Counted from the stretch's first letter, positions 1-9,922 are shown. The stretch is 41,117 nucleotides of DNA from Candidatus Caldarchaeales archaeon (GCA_039630055.1 JBCNVN010000011.1:1-41117); one strand, 5' to 3'. Notes: a model not told the origin generated them from the sequence alone. Program-made: numbers and translations.

Positions 1-54
1 AATAGGAGATGCTAAATCTTAAAAGTTATATCTATGGATAGGAATAACATTATT

Positions 55-378
55 GGCGGCGGTAGGTAGGGCTGGGGAGCTAGCCCTTCCCTGTAACCTG
101 AAATGGGCTACATGCAGGGGCCAGAAAACCTGGAAGAGAGTAAGAGAAGTAGAAGTACAGTGCATAAGAGATGGATGAGTATGCGTCCACGTGGAGCTCC
201 GTAAGAAGCTGTCCCATCTGTAGGGATGGGCTCCAGCTTCTGAACACGTTAAACCGTGTTAGGCCCGGGAGGGAGCAGCACTAAGACGTGGCGGAGCTGC
301 TGCGTGGTAACGTATAGGACATATTCTTATGCATCAAGGCTTCTACTCTCTTACCATCTTTCAGGGGCTGCCGCCGCC
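55..378 (+). ncRNA. ffs: Archaeal signal recognition particle (7S/SRP) RNA
   Basis: 5' GGCGGCGGTAG pairs with 3' CTGCCGCCGCC (helix 1). Alu-domain CTGTAACC motif near 91. Helix 6 CCCATCT-GTAG-GGATGGG has a GNAR loop (213-230). Helix 8 is GTGTTAGGCCC-GGGA-GGGAGCAGCAC (256-281). Length is 324 nt, with an AT-rich TATA-like sequence at ~19-31. Confidence 0.95.
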
Positions 379-387
379 TCTAAATCT

Positions 388-1890
388 CTACCTAACTTTG
401 CTTAGGGTCTTCTTCTGATATAGTGTGATCGCTGCCGATGAGAGTAGGATGATTGTCGCGATGATGGTGGTGGCGACCATCACAGGTCTACTGAAGACTT
501 GATTTAGAGTTTCTCTAAATACTTCAAGGATCTTCTGGAGGACTGCAGTTATCTCTACCACGTATTCACTAAAGTGCGGTATATATAGGAGTATCTGGAC
601 TCCCTCGGCAGAGACTACGAATACATATGCTGGACGGTCATATGTTCCAGAAGCTAGATCTAGTAAGCTTGAGGCCATGATAGCCTCTTCACCATTTACA
701 GTTAGATTGAAACTCATAATATTCTGTAGATCTATCAGTTCGGGAGATATCTCGATTATGAAGAGCTTGCCTGGAAAGTTGTCTGGAGCTTTTAACCTAA
801 CCTTAACCTTGTTCCTTTCTGCTTGAATTATCTGAGCCTCGATAGCTTGATCCAGTCTAATAACTTCTGGCTCTCTTAGAGATATCTTGAAGAAGGCTCC
901 TAGGAGGCTCTGGTCTTGCTCAACCGATACTTGTCCGATGTTTATAGACCGATTCTCTCCCAGAAACAGCTCCTTACTGATAGATATCGTCGTCTTATTT
1001 CCTACAGCAACTATCTTCTCTCTAACGATTAGAAAAGTACCATTACCATAATCTATCAAGCGCTCTATCTGCTCCACGACAACTTTGAAGGATCCATCAC
1101 TCTTCTCCAACCCTACTTCTACTCTATCGATCGTCTTATTTTTCAGAGTTTTAAATGATGCCGTAGAAGTAAAGTTGTTTTCTAGGATAATATGCGGCTC
1201 TTCTAATGTTTGAGTACTAGATCTAACATCCTTCTTTGTATCTTTCATAGCTGATTGTGTCGTAGTTACGTGGACGTCTCCTCCTATAGCCTCCTCAATC
1301 TGTAATGCTAAGTTTCTAGCCTTCTCCATGATAGAATAAGCTGCACGAACATTCTTATCAATTAATTCTTTAGCTCTATTGATCAGGTCTTCCAACTGGA
1401 TAATCATGTCTTTTACGGATTCATTATAAACCCCTTGCTCTACTATCGACCTCAAGTATAGATACTTCTCCTCCAACATTCTAAGCTCATTCCTAAGCTC
1501 TTCTTCATCCTCGATCTGGACCACATCTACTGTTCCATGTAAAGCTCTGATAACTATCTGAACCCTAGTCTTAGCATACATTAAAGATGAGAAAGCTCTA
1601 TTGTAATCTCCTAACATATAGAGTTCCACCCCTTCTTCATATTTTGATAAACCGCTATCCAGGATCTCTCTATAGATCTGGACGTCTAGACCAGAATCCT
1701 CTACTTCTTCTAGAAGTTCTTCCGCTTGTTCAATAAGTCTCCCAACCTCTTTAATCAAATCTTCTATCCTCATTCTAAATTCTACGCTAGACTCTTCTTG
1801 GACGCTTTCATCAACATTCTTACTGGTTGCACTAACTAAGCCTATCGACATCAATAATAGGATAGATAAGATCAATGCCGAAGACTTCAT
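388..1890 (-). CDS. Secreted, C-terminally membrane-anchored hypothetical protein (helical/coiled-coil N-half, beta-rich C-half with YIPHFS motif)
   Basis: 500-aa ORF with an N-terminal signal peptide, acidic amphipathic helices, and a C-terminal TM helix followed by a basic tail (YQKKTLSKVR). Confidence 0.8.
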   Translation of the reverse strand: MKSSALILSILLLMSIGLVSATSKNVDESVQEESSVEFRMRIEDLIKEVGRLIEQAEELLEEVEDSGLDVQIYREILDSGLSKYEEGVELYMLGDYNRAFSSLMYAKTRVQIVIRALHGTVDVVQIEDEEELRNELRMLEEKYLYLRSIVEQGVYNESVKDMIIQLEDLINRAKELIDKNVRAAYSIMEKARNLALQIEEAIGGDVHVTTTQSAMKDTKKDVRSSTQTLEEPHIILENNFTSTASFKTLKNKTIDRVEVGLEKSDGSFKVVVEQIERLIDYGNGTFLIVREKIVAVGNKTTISISKELFLGENRSINIGQVSVEQDQSLLGAFFKISLREPEVIRLDQAIEAQIIQAERNKVKVRLKAPDNFPGKLFIIEISPELIDLQNIMSFNLTVNGEEAIMASSLLDLASGTYDRPAYVFVVSAEGVQILLYIPHFSEYVVEITAVLQKILEVFRETLNQVFSRPVMVATTIIATIILLSSAAITLYQKKTLSKVR

Positions 1891-2023
1891 CCTTTGTTTA
1901 TTATAGATATTAGAAATAACTTAATAATATTTCTTTCTCGATTTTTCTCGAAGACTCTTAACGCCTCCAGTCGAACCTAACAATATTGAAGGACACCCAT
2001 CTATTAAGTATGTATAATGTATT

Positions 2024-2054
2024 CTGAGAGAAATATATGAGGGAGTTCTCTCAG
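2024..2054. promoter_or_regulatory. 9-bp inverted repeat (CTGAGAGAA-N13-TTCTCTCAG), candidate operator or hairpin
   Basis: Perfect 9-bp arms at 2024-2032 and 2046-2054, lying between a TATA-like TATTAAGTA (~2002-2010) and the wHTH gene start. Confidence 0.4.
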
Positions 2055-2067
2055 TATCTCTAGAGGA

Positions 2068-2880
2068 TTGAAGGTAGAAGAAACCATAGATGGAGCAAGA
2101 ATCTATAATCTATTAAAGAATCCTCTGAGAAGAGAGATACTTACATTACTCTATACACGTGGAGAGATGAGCGCTACACAGCTTAAACTATTGTTAAGCA
2201 TAAGTTATGGGACACTCTATTATCATCTAGAGTTTCTTAAGCCTTTGATAAATCAGGTTAGGAGAGGTAGATATGTATTGAATGAGAAGGGTCTGCTTGT
2301 AGTAGAGAAGATGATGAGAGATGTGGGAGCTGAGCCTAAGCCTGCCTCTTCTACAACTATCATTAGAATCTTATCCATGGCCCCATTAATGGAGAGGGTT
2401 ACCTTCAAACCTTTAAAATATTCAGCCCTAAGCATACTTATCTTAGCCATCTATCTAGTATCAACATATCTTATACCTATTAAAACTGTAGTTCTCCACA
2501 TCTTCTTTCACCCTACCGGGGGAAACATACTAAACTCTATCATAAGTATCGGAATAGTAATAGGATATATCGTATTGTCTGGAGAGATTCTATCCCCCTA
2601 TAGTGGAGGGTTCGGTGGACTGATCACCTCGGCCATCATCTCCTACATGCCTATAGACCTATACCTAATATTCCTCCTAATCCTTCAGTATCTGAATATT
2701 CAGCTTACCTCCATAATCCTATTTCTCCAATCATTGTTCGTGGCCGCTCATATGATCCAGCTGGTTATTATTGCTTCAGCGCTTACCCATTCAAGAGGGG
2801 TTGGATGGGAGAAGAGCCTACCCGCCTCACTAGTCCTCTCCTATATTAGCATACTAGTCGCATACTATAATCTGATGTAA
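2068..2880 (+). CDS. ArsR-like winged-HTH protein fused to a multi-pass membrane domain
   Basis: N-terminal LKNPLRREIL...SATQL...ISYGTLYYHL...GRYVL wHTH signature followed by about 5-6 hydrophobic helices. Confidence 0.85.
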   Translation: MKVEETIDGARIYNLLKNPLRREILTLLYTRGEMSATQLKLLLSISYGTLYYHLEFLKPLINQVRRGRYVLNEKGLLVVEKMMRDVGAEPKPASSTTIIRILSMAPLMERVTFKPLKYSALSILILAIYLVSTYLIPIKTVVLHIFFHPTGGNILNSIISIGIVIGYIVLSGEILSPYSGGFGGLITSAIISYMPIDLYLIFLLILQYLNIQLTSIILFLQSLFVAAHMIQLVIIASALTHSRGVGWEKSLPASLVLSYISILVAYYNLM

Positions 2881-2927
2881 AATAATGAGCAATCTTAAAC
2901 TAGTAGTACATATCCAGATTTTATTGT

Positions 2928-3539
2928 ATGTTGACAGACCAAGAGCTTAAACGTATAAAGAGAGAAGCAGACCTATTTAGAGAGATCGACATTCTTGATT
3001 ATATTGATGAGATGATGCCTTGGAACAAGCACATCAACTATAGTATAAAACGTTTCTCTGAGCTAATGGATAAAACTGAAGCACCATACGCACTAATAGG
3101 CGAGTATGCATTAAACTTTTACCATGTCCCCAACTTTGTCGGTGAAATAGCATACTCTATTAAAGGTTTAGACCTAAAACAGCTTTCAGATAGTTTAGAG
3201 AGATCAGGGTTTAGAAGACTTGCATACAGTTCTGGTCGGCTAGCATTGCTCGACCTCCAAGTAAATATTCCCCTAACCATCTATAATGAACCTGAACCTC
3301 TTAGATGGGATGATGAGATGTCTAGTAGATTGATGAGAGCGAAGATCGGTACAAAACTTCTCTCTCCAGAAGACTACGCGATCTTCCTAATCCTCCGAAA
3401 TGGCTCAAGAGAGATTGAGCTAGCAGCAAAGATACTCTATCTAAATCTAGACGTGGTTGATAGAGACTATCTTATAAGAAGGAGTAGAGAGTACAATCTA
3501 TCCAAAGTAGTATCGGAATTACTTGGAAAAATCTCTTAA
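2928..3539 (+). CDS. Degenerate nucleotidyltransferase-fold protein (DUF6036/AbiEii-like)
   Basis: PYALIGEYALNFY...LLSPEDY...VDRDYL layout resembles archaeal NTase-fold proteins, but the catalytic acidic residues are not evident. Confidence 0.6.
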   Translation: MLTDQELKRIKREADLFREIDILDYIDEMMPWNKHINYSIKRFSELMDKTEAPYALIGEYALNFYHVPNFVGEIAYSIKGLDLKQLSDSLERSGFRRLAYSSGRLALLDLQVNIPLTIYNEPEPLRWDDEMSSRLMRAKIGTKLLSPEDYAIFLILRNGSREIELAAKILYLNLDVVDRDYLIRRSREYNLSKVVSELLGKIS

Positions 3540-4924
3540 TTTACCAGTAGGACATCTATCTTCTCTATACTTCTACCAAATATCATGTCTAGTTTCTTGA
3601 TAAATTCTTCTAATCCAGGATTCAGTCTTACCAGTAGAAGCAAGTCGAAACTTCCATAAACTTCTTCAATAATCTCTACCTCACTCCATCTAGACATCTC
3701 TTCAAAGAAATCATCTTTTGAAGACTCTAGACGGATCTTTAAAAGAAAGTATGCATATTCACTATCGAATAGTTTATTTAACTTATTTCTAGCAGTCGAA
3801 GTCATATTTTCCGATAACATTTGTTTAAGTCTTCTAACAGATAGTTTTCCTCCAGCTTTATAAGCTTCTGAACCTATAAGCTCGGTCAGCCTCTTGATCT
3901 CCCCAGCATCTAGATGAGAATCACCTAATACTTCTTCTATCAATCTCTTACTAATGTATGGTGTAATCTCGTATAGTGGAGAAGAGAAGTCATTCCGAAG
4001 CTTTCCATAAGGAATATATCCTTCAGGAGCTTTAATGGTCATAGATTGGTGGACTCCTGCTCTAATAGTTCTAGCCTCCCTACTTAATGGGTGTCTAGCA
4101 GGGATTCTTATCCCGGTTAACTTGCTAAAAGTAGAGTAAAGATCCTTTAATGACTCTCGTTTTATTCCAAGTTCTATTCTGTGGATATCTATTAGGGGTG
4201 CGACCACTTCATAGAGGTCTGCGATGCCATTCCTATCACCTATCCCCAGTATGCTGACATGAGCTTCATCTACCCCCGCTAAAATAGCCTCAATAGTGTT
4301 TGCAGATGCATATCCATAATCATTATGGAAGTGTGCTGATATCGGGAAACTTGTGCATCTCTTCAGATCTGTGATGAAGTCTCTCGCAATAGTCGGGGTC
4401 ATCAGCCCAGAGGTATCTGGAACGCTTACGATCGTGGCCCCTGCACCCCTTACAATGTTGATTGTCTCGACAAGCTCACTTAAGCCCTCTTCCAAGTATA
4501 TTCTAGATGCATCTTCTATAGTGGTTCTAATATAATTGAAGCCTGACTCTCTAGAAAACTCTACTACATCGATAAATCTCCTATACAATTCTTCACGCTC
4601 CTCTACTTTGAATTTGTGTCTTACATGGATTTTGCTCAGAGCCATGTATACCGCTATCCCCCATACATCATACTCGTTTACACTCTCTACATCTTCTCTG
4701 CATGCTCTACAATGTATTACTGTTTCAGCGCCATGATCATTCAATAAGGATACAAGCTTCTTCAAGTCTTCTGGTGAGGTTCTAGGAGGATAGGCCAGAG
4801 TTAGCTCGATCCTTCTTAAGCCGATATTGAGCAATGCCCTCGCTATCGAGATCTTTACTGGCAGTCTCAATACTCTATAAAGTTCTCCCTCCCTCAATGT
4901 AGTATCTAGCAAGGTAACGGTCAT
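3536..4924 (-). CDS. Homocitrate synthase (DRE-TIM/LeuA family) with C-terminal RAM (Lrp/AsnC ligand-binding) domain
   Basis: LLDTTLREGE, PDTSG, HFHNDYG, GIGDRNG and RAGVHQ motifs. C-terminal EEVYGSFDLLLLV is RAM-like, an architecture matching Sulfolobus-type homocitrate synthase. Confidence 0.8.
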   Translation of the reverse strand: MTVTLLDTTLREGELYRVLRLPVKISIARALLNIGLRRIELTLAYPPRTSPEDLKKLVSLLNDHGAETVIHCRACREDVESVNEYDVWGIAVYMALSKIHVRHKFKVEEREELYRRFIDVVEFSRESGFNYIRTTIEDASRIYLEEGLSELVETINIVRGAGATIVSVPDTSGLMTPTIARDFITDLKRCTSFPISAHFHNDYGYASANTIEAILAGVDEAHVSILGIGDRNGIADLYEVVAPLIDIHRIELGIKRESLKDLYSTFSKLTGIRIPARHPLSREARTIRAGVHQSMTIKAPEGYIPYGKLRNDFSSPLYEITPYISKRLIEEVLGDSHLDAGEIKRLTELIGSEAYKAGGKLSVRRLKQMLSENMTSTARNKLNKLFDSEYAYFLLKIRLESSKDDFFEEMSRWSEVEIIEEVYGSFDLLLLVRLNPGLEEFIKKLDMIFGRSIEKIDVLLVN

Positions 4925-5216
4925 ATCTTTATCTCTCAGATAAAAGATATCTCAACATAATAAATTTTCACATAAATCGTATAGCAATCGTCGTTTCTAA
5001 CAAAGATATCGAAAGATTATATACTGTTTATGAAAAATTTTATCGAATTTCGTATATAAAAACGAATTTAAAACAGAACTAGTAGTATTGATGAGATTTA
5101 CAACAAATAGCAAAGATCATAAAAGGTTCATCAAGTTTAAGATTGTAGCCTTAGTGAAATCTAGATTCTTTGTCTATTTTTCTTAAATCCTTATTAACCG
5201 GGAGAGATCGATCAAA

Positions 5217-5723
5217 TTGATGAAGGCTTTCATTTTGAGTATTATTAGTCCTAGGAGTGGGCTTGTCCAAGCTCTAAACGCTGTTAAAAGCTCGAAGATG
5301 GTTAAAGAAGCATACTTGATATATGGAACATATGATTTAATCTGTAAGGTAGAGTTCGATAGCTTATCTCAGATCGATATTTTCCTAGATATACTTCAAC
5401 AGCATGGTCTTCAAGATTCTAATACACTCATAGTTAAAGAGGGAGGATTAAGTTTTGAAAAAGAAAAAGCTGGTGAGATTGAGAAGTGTGCATATATTTT
5501 CGGAAAGATTAGAAGACCTTCTGTACCAAAGTTCTGGGAGGCACACCTCAAATCTATTGAACCAGTATTAGAAGCCCATGAACTTTATGGATTATACGAT
5601 GTAGTGATAAGCGTAAGAGAAGATGCTAGGACAGACTTCTATAATCAAGTCTTTAAACAATTATGGCTACTGACTGAAGTTAATCTTACCGCTACTCATA
5701 CTATGTTCACCGTTAAGCTGTAA
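5217..5723 (+). CDS. Stand-alone tandem Lrp/AsnC ligand-binding (RAM-RAM) protein without HTH
   Basis: Two copies of the EAxxxYGxYD motif (EAYLIYGTYDL and EAHELYGLYDV), each ending in a TxxV strand. Confidence 0.85.
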   Translation: MMKAFILSIISPRSGLVQALNAVKSSKMVKEAYLIYGTYDLICKVEFDSLSQIDIFLDILQQHGLQDSNTLIVKEGGLSFEKEKAGEIEKCAYIFGKIRRPSVPKFWEAHLKSIEPVLEAHELYGLYDVVISVREDARTDFYNQVFKQLWLLTEVNLTATHTMFTVKL

Positions 5724-6329
5724 GATCTTTCTAAGATACTCGAGATTAAACTTAGTGTTTGAGCAACCGTTCTTCAATAATGGGATCGCCTGAGCCGAAA
5801 CACCTTCATCAAGATATTTAGATGCAAGCTTAATCTCATCTCCACATGCTACTCCAACTATGCCATCATAATTGAACATCTTAATTATGTTAGGTATACA
5901 TGAACCTCCTGGAACAATATATACATCATATCCTATATCTTCAGCCATCTTTGAGGCTAGATTTATCTGGCAGTCAGGTGAGCATCTTCCACATATATAA
6001 GTGGGAACACGTGGATCGAATTCTGCCTTACATCTGTAGTCTACATATTTTCTAGCACAGTGAGGTAGGAATAAAGCCCTCCTCACACTCTTCTTAAACT
6101 TCTCCATGCAAGTCAAGTTCTTAATATGTATGTCCACTATATCTTCAATGATTTGAAGTATGTTTGATATCTCGAGACCTGTTATCTCTGAGAGCTTAAA
6201 TCTTTCAACTAGGCCCCTCAAGACTGTTCCAGCCTTCTTATGAAGATGTTTAGAATCAACTATAATCATCAATTCTTTGAAGAATTTTTTGGGAAGAACT
6301 GTAAGGTCGAATCTGTACCTATAGGGCAT
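5667..6329 (-). CDS. DUF116 family Cys-rich protein
   Basis: LFLPHC...C...CGRCSPDC...YIVPGGS...VGVAC...LLKNGC motif. Start moved to ATG 6329 (MPYRY) because the ORF extension to 6500 overlaps the next gene. Confidence 0.85.
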   Translation of the reverse strand: MPYRYRFDLTVLPKKFFKELMIIVDSKHLHKKAGTVLRGLVERFKLSEITGLEISNILQIIEDIVDIHIKNLTCMEKFKKSVRRALFLPHCARKYVDYRCKAEFDPRVPTYICGRCSPDCQINLASKMAEDIGYDVYIVPGGSCIPNIIKMFNYDGIVGVACGDEIKLASKYLDEGVSAQAIPLLKNGCSNTKFNLEYLRKILQLNGEHSMSSGKINFSQ

Positions 6330-6413
6330 AGGATAAATACCGGATAAGAACAATTTAAATAACATCATGCTTAAAAGAGTATAATATAATGTTTTTAGGT
6401 GGAGGTGGCAGTT

Positions 6414-6995
6414 ATGAAAACATCTCTTAGAAGAGTGGAGGTTGCCTACTTCGACCATCCAGGCATAGAGAATACTGAAGATACTCTTAGACTCGCACAT
6501 AAGAGAGCCTCGGAACTAGAGATAAGAGATGTAGTAGTTGCCTCAACGACGGGTGAGACTGGAGTAAAGGCTTGCCAAGTCTTTAAAGGATTCAACATCG
6601 TGATAGTTAGACATCATACAGGTTTTAGAAGACCGGGACAGCAAGAGATGAAGAAAGAGTATGAAGAAGAGATCTTGAAGCTGGGTGGAAGAATACTTAC
6701 AGCATCTCATGCTTTCTCAGGGGTTGAGAGAGGCATTAGAAACAAGCTTGGCACTATAGGTATGTTAACGATAGTGGCTGAGACATTGAGACTATTCGGT
6801 GAAGGGGTTAAAGTATGTGTTGAGATCTCGGTTATGGCTGCTGATGCTGGACTGATCCCTGTAGACCGTGAAGTGATATCGATAGCGGGGACAAATAGAG
6901 GAGCAGACACAGCTCTAATCATAAAGCCCTCAAATTCTAATGACTTCTTCAATCTAACCATAAAGGAGATTATAGCTAAACCAAGAGAAAGGTAG
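6414..6995 (+). CDS. Pyruvate kinase C-terminal-like alpha/beta domain protein (DUF1867/MTH1675 family)
   Basis: YFDHPGIENT, VVASTTGETG, HAFSGVER, GVKVCVEISVMAADAG and GADTA motifs. A GGAGGTGG SD sequence precedes ATG 6414. Confidence 0.88.
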   Translation: MKTSLRRVEVAYFDHPGIENTEDTLRLAHKRASELEIRDVVVASTTGETGVKACQVFKGFNIVIVRHHTGFRRPGQQEMKKEYEEEILKLGGRILTASHAFSGVERGIRNKLGTIGMLTIVAETLRLFGEGVKVCVEISVMAADAGLIPVDREVISIAGTNRGADTALIIKPSNSNDFFNLTIKEIIAKPRER

Positions 6996-7044
6996 CTAGA
7001 TAATGTTTATAGATGGATGATAAAAATTGGTATTAAAGGTGATA

Positions 7045-7326
7045 ATGATGGCGAACTTCCAGGTGGTTTTTAGCGGTAATGAAGATGAGCTATACAAGTT
7101 CGTGGTAACGTGGAAGATGCTTACAGAGCTTAAGAAATATGAAGAAAAGAAGAGGGAAGTAGAAGAGCTTGAAGAGAGGATTAGAGAGATGAGGGAGGAG
7201 GTCAACAAACTAGATAATATGAGAAGGATGCTGCAGAGGGAGGTAAACGAGTTAACAGCTAGAAGAGAAGCATTAAAGAGAGATCTGTTAAATCAGCAGA
7301 CATCCGATCTAAAACTTAGCCAGTAA
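7045..7326 (+). CDS. Small coiled-coil hypothetical protein
   Basis: Long E/K/R-rich heptad pattern. AGGTGA SD-like sequence upstream of ATG 7045/7048. Confidence 0.7.
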   Translation: MMANFQVVFSGNEDELYKFVVTWKMLTELKKYEEKKREVEELEERIREMREEVNKLDNMRRMLQREVNELTARREALKRDLLNQQTSDLKLSQ

Positions 7327-7408
7327 ATATAATACAGCAAACGAAGAATATAGACTTACAGTTATAGATAGAGGGATAATCTACTCCAATAATCATTCAC
7401 ATATTAAA

Positions 7409-9529
7409 TTATATGCTGGGGGTCCAGCGATTCAATAACATCGAGTTTAGTGTAACTGTTATAGATGAAGCGGCCATAGCTATAGCTGCGAATACTGGGT
7501 TGAGTAGTAGGCCTAGTGAAGGATAGAGGACTCCTGCAGCTATCGGGATGAGTATTACATTATATCCGAAAGCCCAGAAAAGGTTTTCTCTTATCTTCCT
7601 GAAAACCCTCCTACCCAACATCACTGCATTTACTACATCTGATAACTCATCTCTGATTAGTATGATTCCACCTGATTCTTTTGCAATATCTGTCCCGCTT
7701 CCGATGGCTATGCCTAGGTCAGCGGCCGCCAGTGCAGGAGCATCGTTAACTCCGTCTCCAACCATCGCTACAATCTTCCCTTCACGTTTAAGCTCTCTTA
7801 CAATCATAGCTTTATCTCTAGGAGATACTTCTGCAATAACCTTATCTATCTCTAATCTCCTAGCTACTGCTTGAGCGGTCCGTCTATTGTCTCCTGTAAG
7901 CATTACCACTTCCACACCTATAGACTGGAGCTTCTTGATAGCTGTTAGAGCTTCCTCCTTAATAGTATCCATTATCGCTATAACCCCTACCAATTTCTCA
8001 TCTAACGCTACTAGGACAACAGTCTTCCCATCTTCTTCAAGAATCCTTATCCTATCTTCAATATGATCGATAGATATTCCAAACAATTTCATCATTTCCC
8101 TGTTACCGACCAGAATAGTCTTACCCTTGTAAGATGCTTTTACTCCATGACCTGGAATCATCTCAAAGCCTTCAGGCTCATCCAACTCTAAATTCCTAAT
8201 CTTTGCACTCTCTACAATTGCTCCACCTATTGGATGCTCAGACCTTAATTCAGCTATAGCAGCAATTCTAAGAACCTCCGATTCACCGTCTCCGAAAGAT
8301 ATAATATCTGTTACTGAAGGCTTTCCTTTTGTAAGAGTCCCAGTTTTATCGAATACCATCAAGTTAACTTTATGAAGCTTCTCTAATGCTTCACCATTCT
8401 TTATGAGTATACCGTATCTAGCGCCTTTCGAGGCACCTATCATTATCGCGGCAGGTGTTGCTATTCCTAAAGCACATGGGCATGCTATTATGAGTACTGA
8501 GATCAAGATTGTGAATGCTGATGGGAAGGGCAGCCTCCATACAAGGTACCAGAAGAGGAATGCTCCTATACCTAAGACTATTATAGCTGGTACAAAGTAT
8601 GATGATACTTTGTCGGCTATCCTCTGTATCGGGGTCTGGGATAGTATAGATTCTTCAACCATCTTCACGATCTGAGATAGCATGGTATTAGAGCCTACTC
8701 TGGTAGCTTTAATCTTAAGGTAGCCAGACCTATTAACTGTGCCTCCTATTACTTCATCGTTGACCTTCTTCTCTACAGGCATACTCTCTCCAGTCACCAT
8801 AGATTCATCTACAGAAGAATAACCATCCAGCACGACTCCATCTACAGGTATCTTCTCGCCAGGTCTCACTATAACTACATCATCCACCTCCACCTTCTCA
8901 ATCGGCACCTCCACCTCTTCATCATTCTTAACAATCCTAGCAGATCTAGGCTGTAGATCTAGAAGCTTTATAACGGCCTCCGACGCTCTACCCTTAACCA
9001 TCTGCTCCATAGTCTTTCCAAGCATTATGAACCCTATTATCAATCCAGTCTCTGTAAAGTAGACGTTAGGCCCCTCGAAGGTGACAGTTGTAGGAAAGAT
9101 TTCTGGGAAGAAGGTGTAGAGGGTGCTATAGAGCCATGCAGCGGTGGTTCCGATAGCTATCAAGCTATCCATGTTGGCTTTTCCAGCCTTGATAGCGTCA
9201 AGGGTTCCTCTGTAAAATCTCCATCCACCGATAAACTGTATCGGGGTGGTGAATATGAAGAGCCAAATATAGTTTGGTAGTCCAAACCATGTAAAGTTAT
9301 GTTCGACTCTGAGGATATATGGGATAAGGTATTCGAAGATAGCTGTTACACTCCCTAGAACGAGGCTGAAAACCGCTAATATCTTAAACTTCTTGAACTC
9401 TCTCTCAGGTGCGAGAAACTCTTCTAGACATCCTTGACTGCAGAAGTAGTATACTGTACCTTTCCTCTCAACCTTAAAGGGTGTTCTATCCTCATCAACA
9501 TACATTCCACAGACGATATCTCTTGCCAT
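7409..9529 (-). CDS. copA: Copper-exporting P1B-type ATPase with N-terminal YHS/TRASH domain
   Basis: DIVCGM...YYFCSQGC (TRASH), [24 protein letters not shown] and MAASS motifs. Start at ATG 9529 with GGTG SD. Confidence 0.95.
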   Translation of the reverse strand: MARDIVCGMYVDEDRTPFKVERKGTVYYFCSQGCLEEFLAPEREFKKFKILAVFSLVLGSVTAIFEYLIPYILRVEHNFTWFGLPNYIWLFIFTTPIQFIGGWRFYRGTLDAIKAGKANMDSLIAIGTTAAWLYSTLYTFFPEIFPTTVTFEGPNVYFTETGLIIGFIMLGKTMEQMVKGRASEAVIKLLDLQPRSARIVKNDEEVEVPIEKVEVDDVVIVRPGEKIPVDGVVLDGYSSVDESMVTGESMPVEKKVNDEVIGGTVNRSGYLKIKATRVGSNTMLSQIVKMVEESILSQTPIQRIADKVSSYFVPAIIVLGIGAFLFWYLVWRLPFPSAFTILISVLIIACPCALGIATPAAIMIGASKGARYGILIKNGEALEKLHKVNLMVFDKTGTLTKGKPSVTDIISFGDGESEVLRIAAIAELRSEHPIGGAIVESAKIRNLELDEPEGFEMIPGHGVKASYKGKTILVGNREMMKLFGISIDHIEDRIRILEEDGKTVVLVALDEKLVGVIAIMDTIKEEALTAIKKLQSIGVEVVMLTGDNRRTAQAVARRLEIDKVIAEVSPRDKAMIVRELKREGKIVAMVGDGVNDAPALAAADLGIAIGSGTDIAKESGGIILIRDELSDVVNAVMLGRRVFRKIRENLFWAFGYNVILIPIAAGVLYPSLGLLLNPVFAAIAMAASSITVTLNSMLLNRWTPSI

Positions 9530-9541
9530 CCAGAACACCTT

Positions 9542-9772
9542 CTAGACAGTGTTTTCAGAGAAATCATATCCCACCTTCCTAATTTCAGGTAGAGATATTT
9601 CTTCTATATAATATTCTAAACATAACTTATCTATGACATGGTTTAAGCAAGCATCTGAGACTCTCCCGAGTCTATAGAGTTCTTTCCATGAATGCTTATC
9701 ACAAGCACTACATCCACAAATTATCATAGATATCTTGAAGATATCTATAGAGTTTTCTCCATCTTTCTGCAT
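9542..9772 (-). CDS. Divergent HMA/CopZ-like metal chaperone
   Basis: KISMIICGCSAC...LGRVSDACLN...LEY...ISLPEIRKVGY aligns by eye with the HMA fold. It lies directly upstream of copA on the same strand. Confidence 0.6.
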   Translation of the reverse strand: MQKDGENSIDIFKISMIICGCSACDKHSWKELYRLGRVSDACLNHVIDKLCLEYYIEEISLPEIRKVGYDFSENTV

Positions 9773-9922
9773 TGCCCTACTCTATATAGATAAACCGAGC
9801 AAGGATATATTTATGTGAGAAGAACCCTCTGTAACATTTTGTAGTAATATTGTAACAATCCACGGTTTTATCTGGTCCCATAACTTCTTCTACAATAACT
9901 TGACTTCTCTCCACTTCTTATT

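Noticed and set aside
55-378. RNase P RNA as the identity of the GC-clamped ncRNA
   Set aside because: No GAGGAAAGTCC or ACAGAA P4 motifs; the SRP helix 6, helix 8 and Alu motifs are present instead.
6330-6500. N-terminal extension of the DUF116 ORF
   Set aside because: It overlaps the divergent gene and the shared promoter region; ATG 6329 is more plausible.
7548-8675. Plus-strand ORFs inside copA, and similar antisense ORFs inside the pst genes, SIMPL, glyA, nuoL/M and the cyclodeaminase
   Set aside because: They are shadow ORFs opposite well-supported genes, Ser/Ile/Pro-rich and without recognisable motifs.
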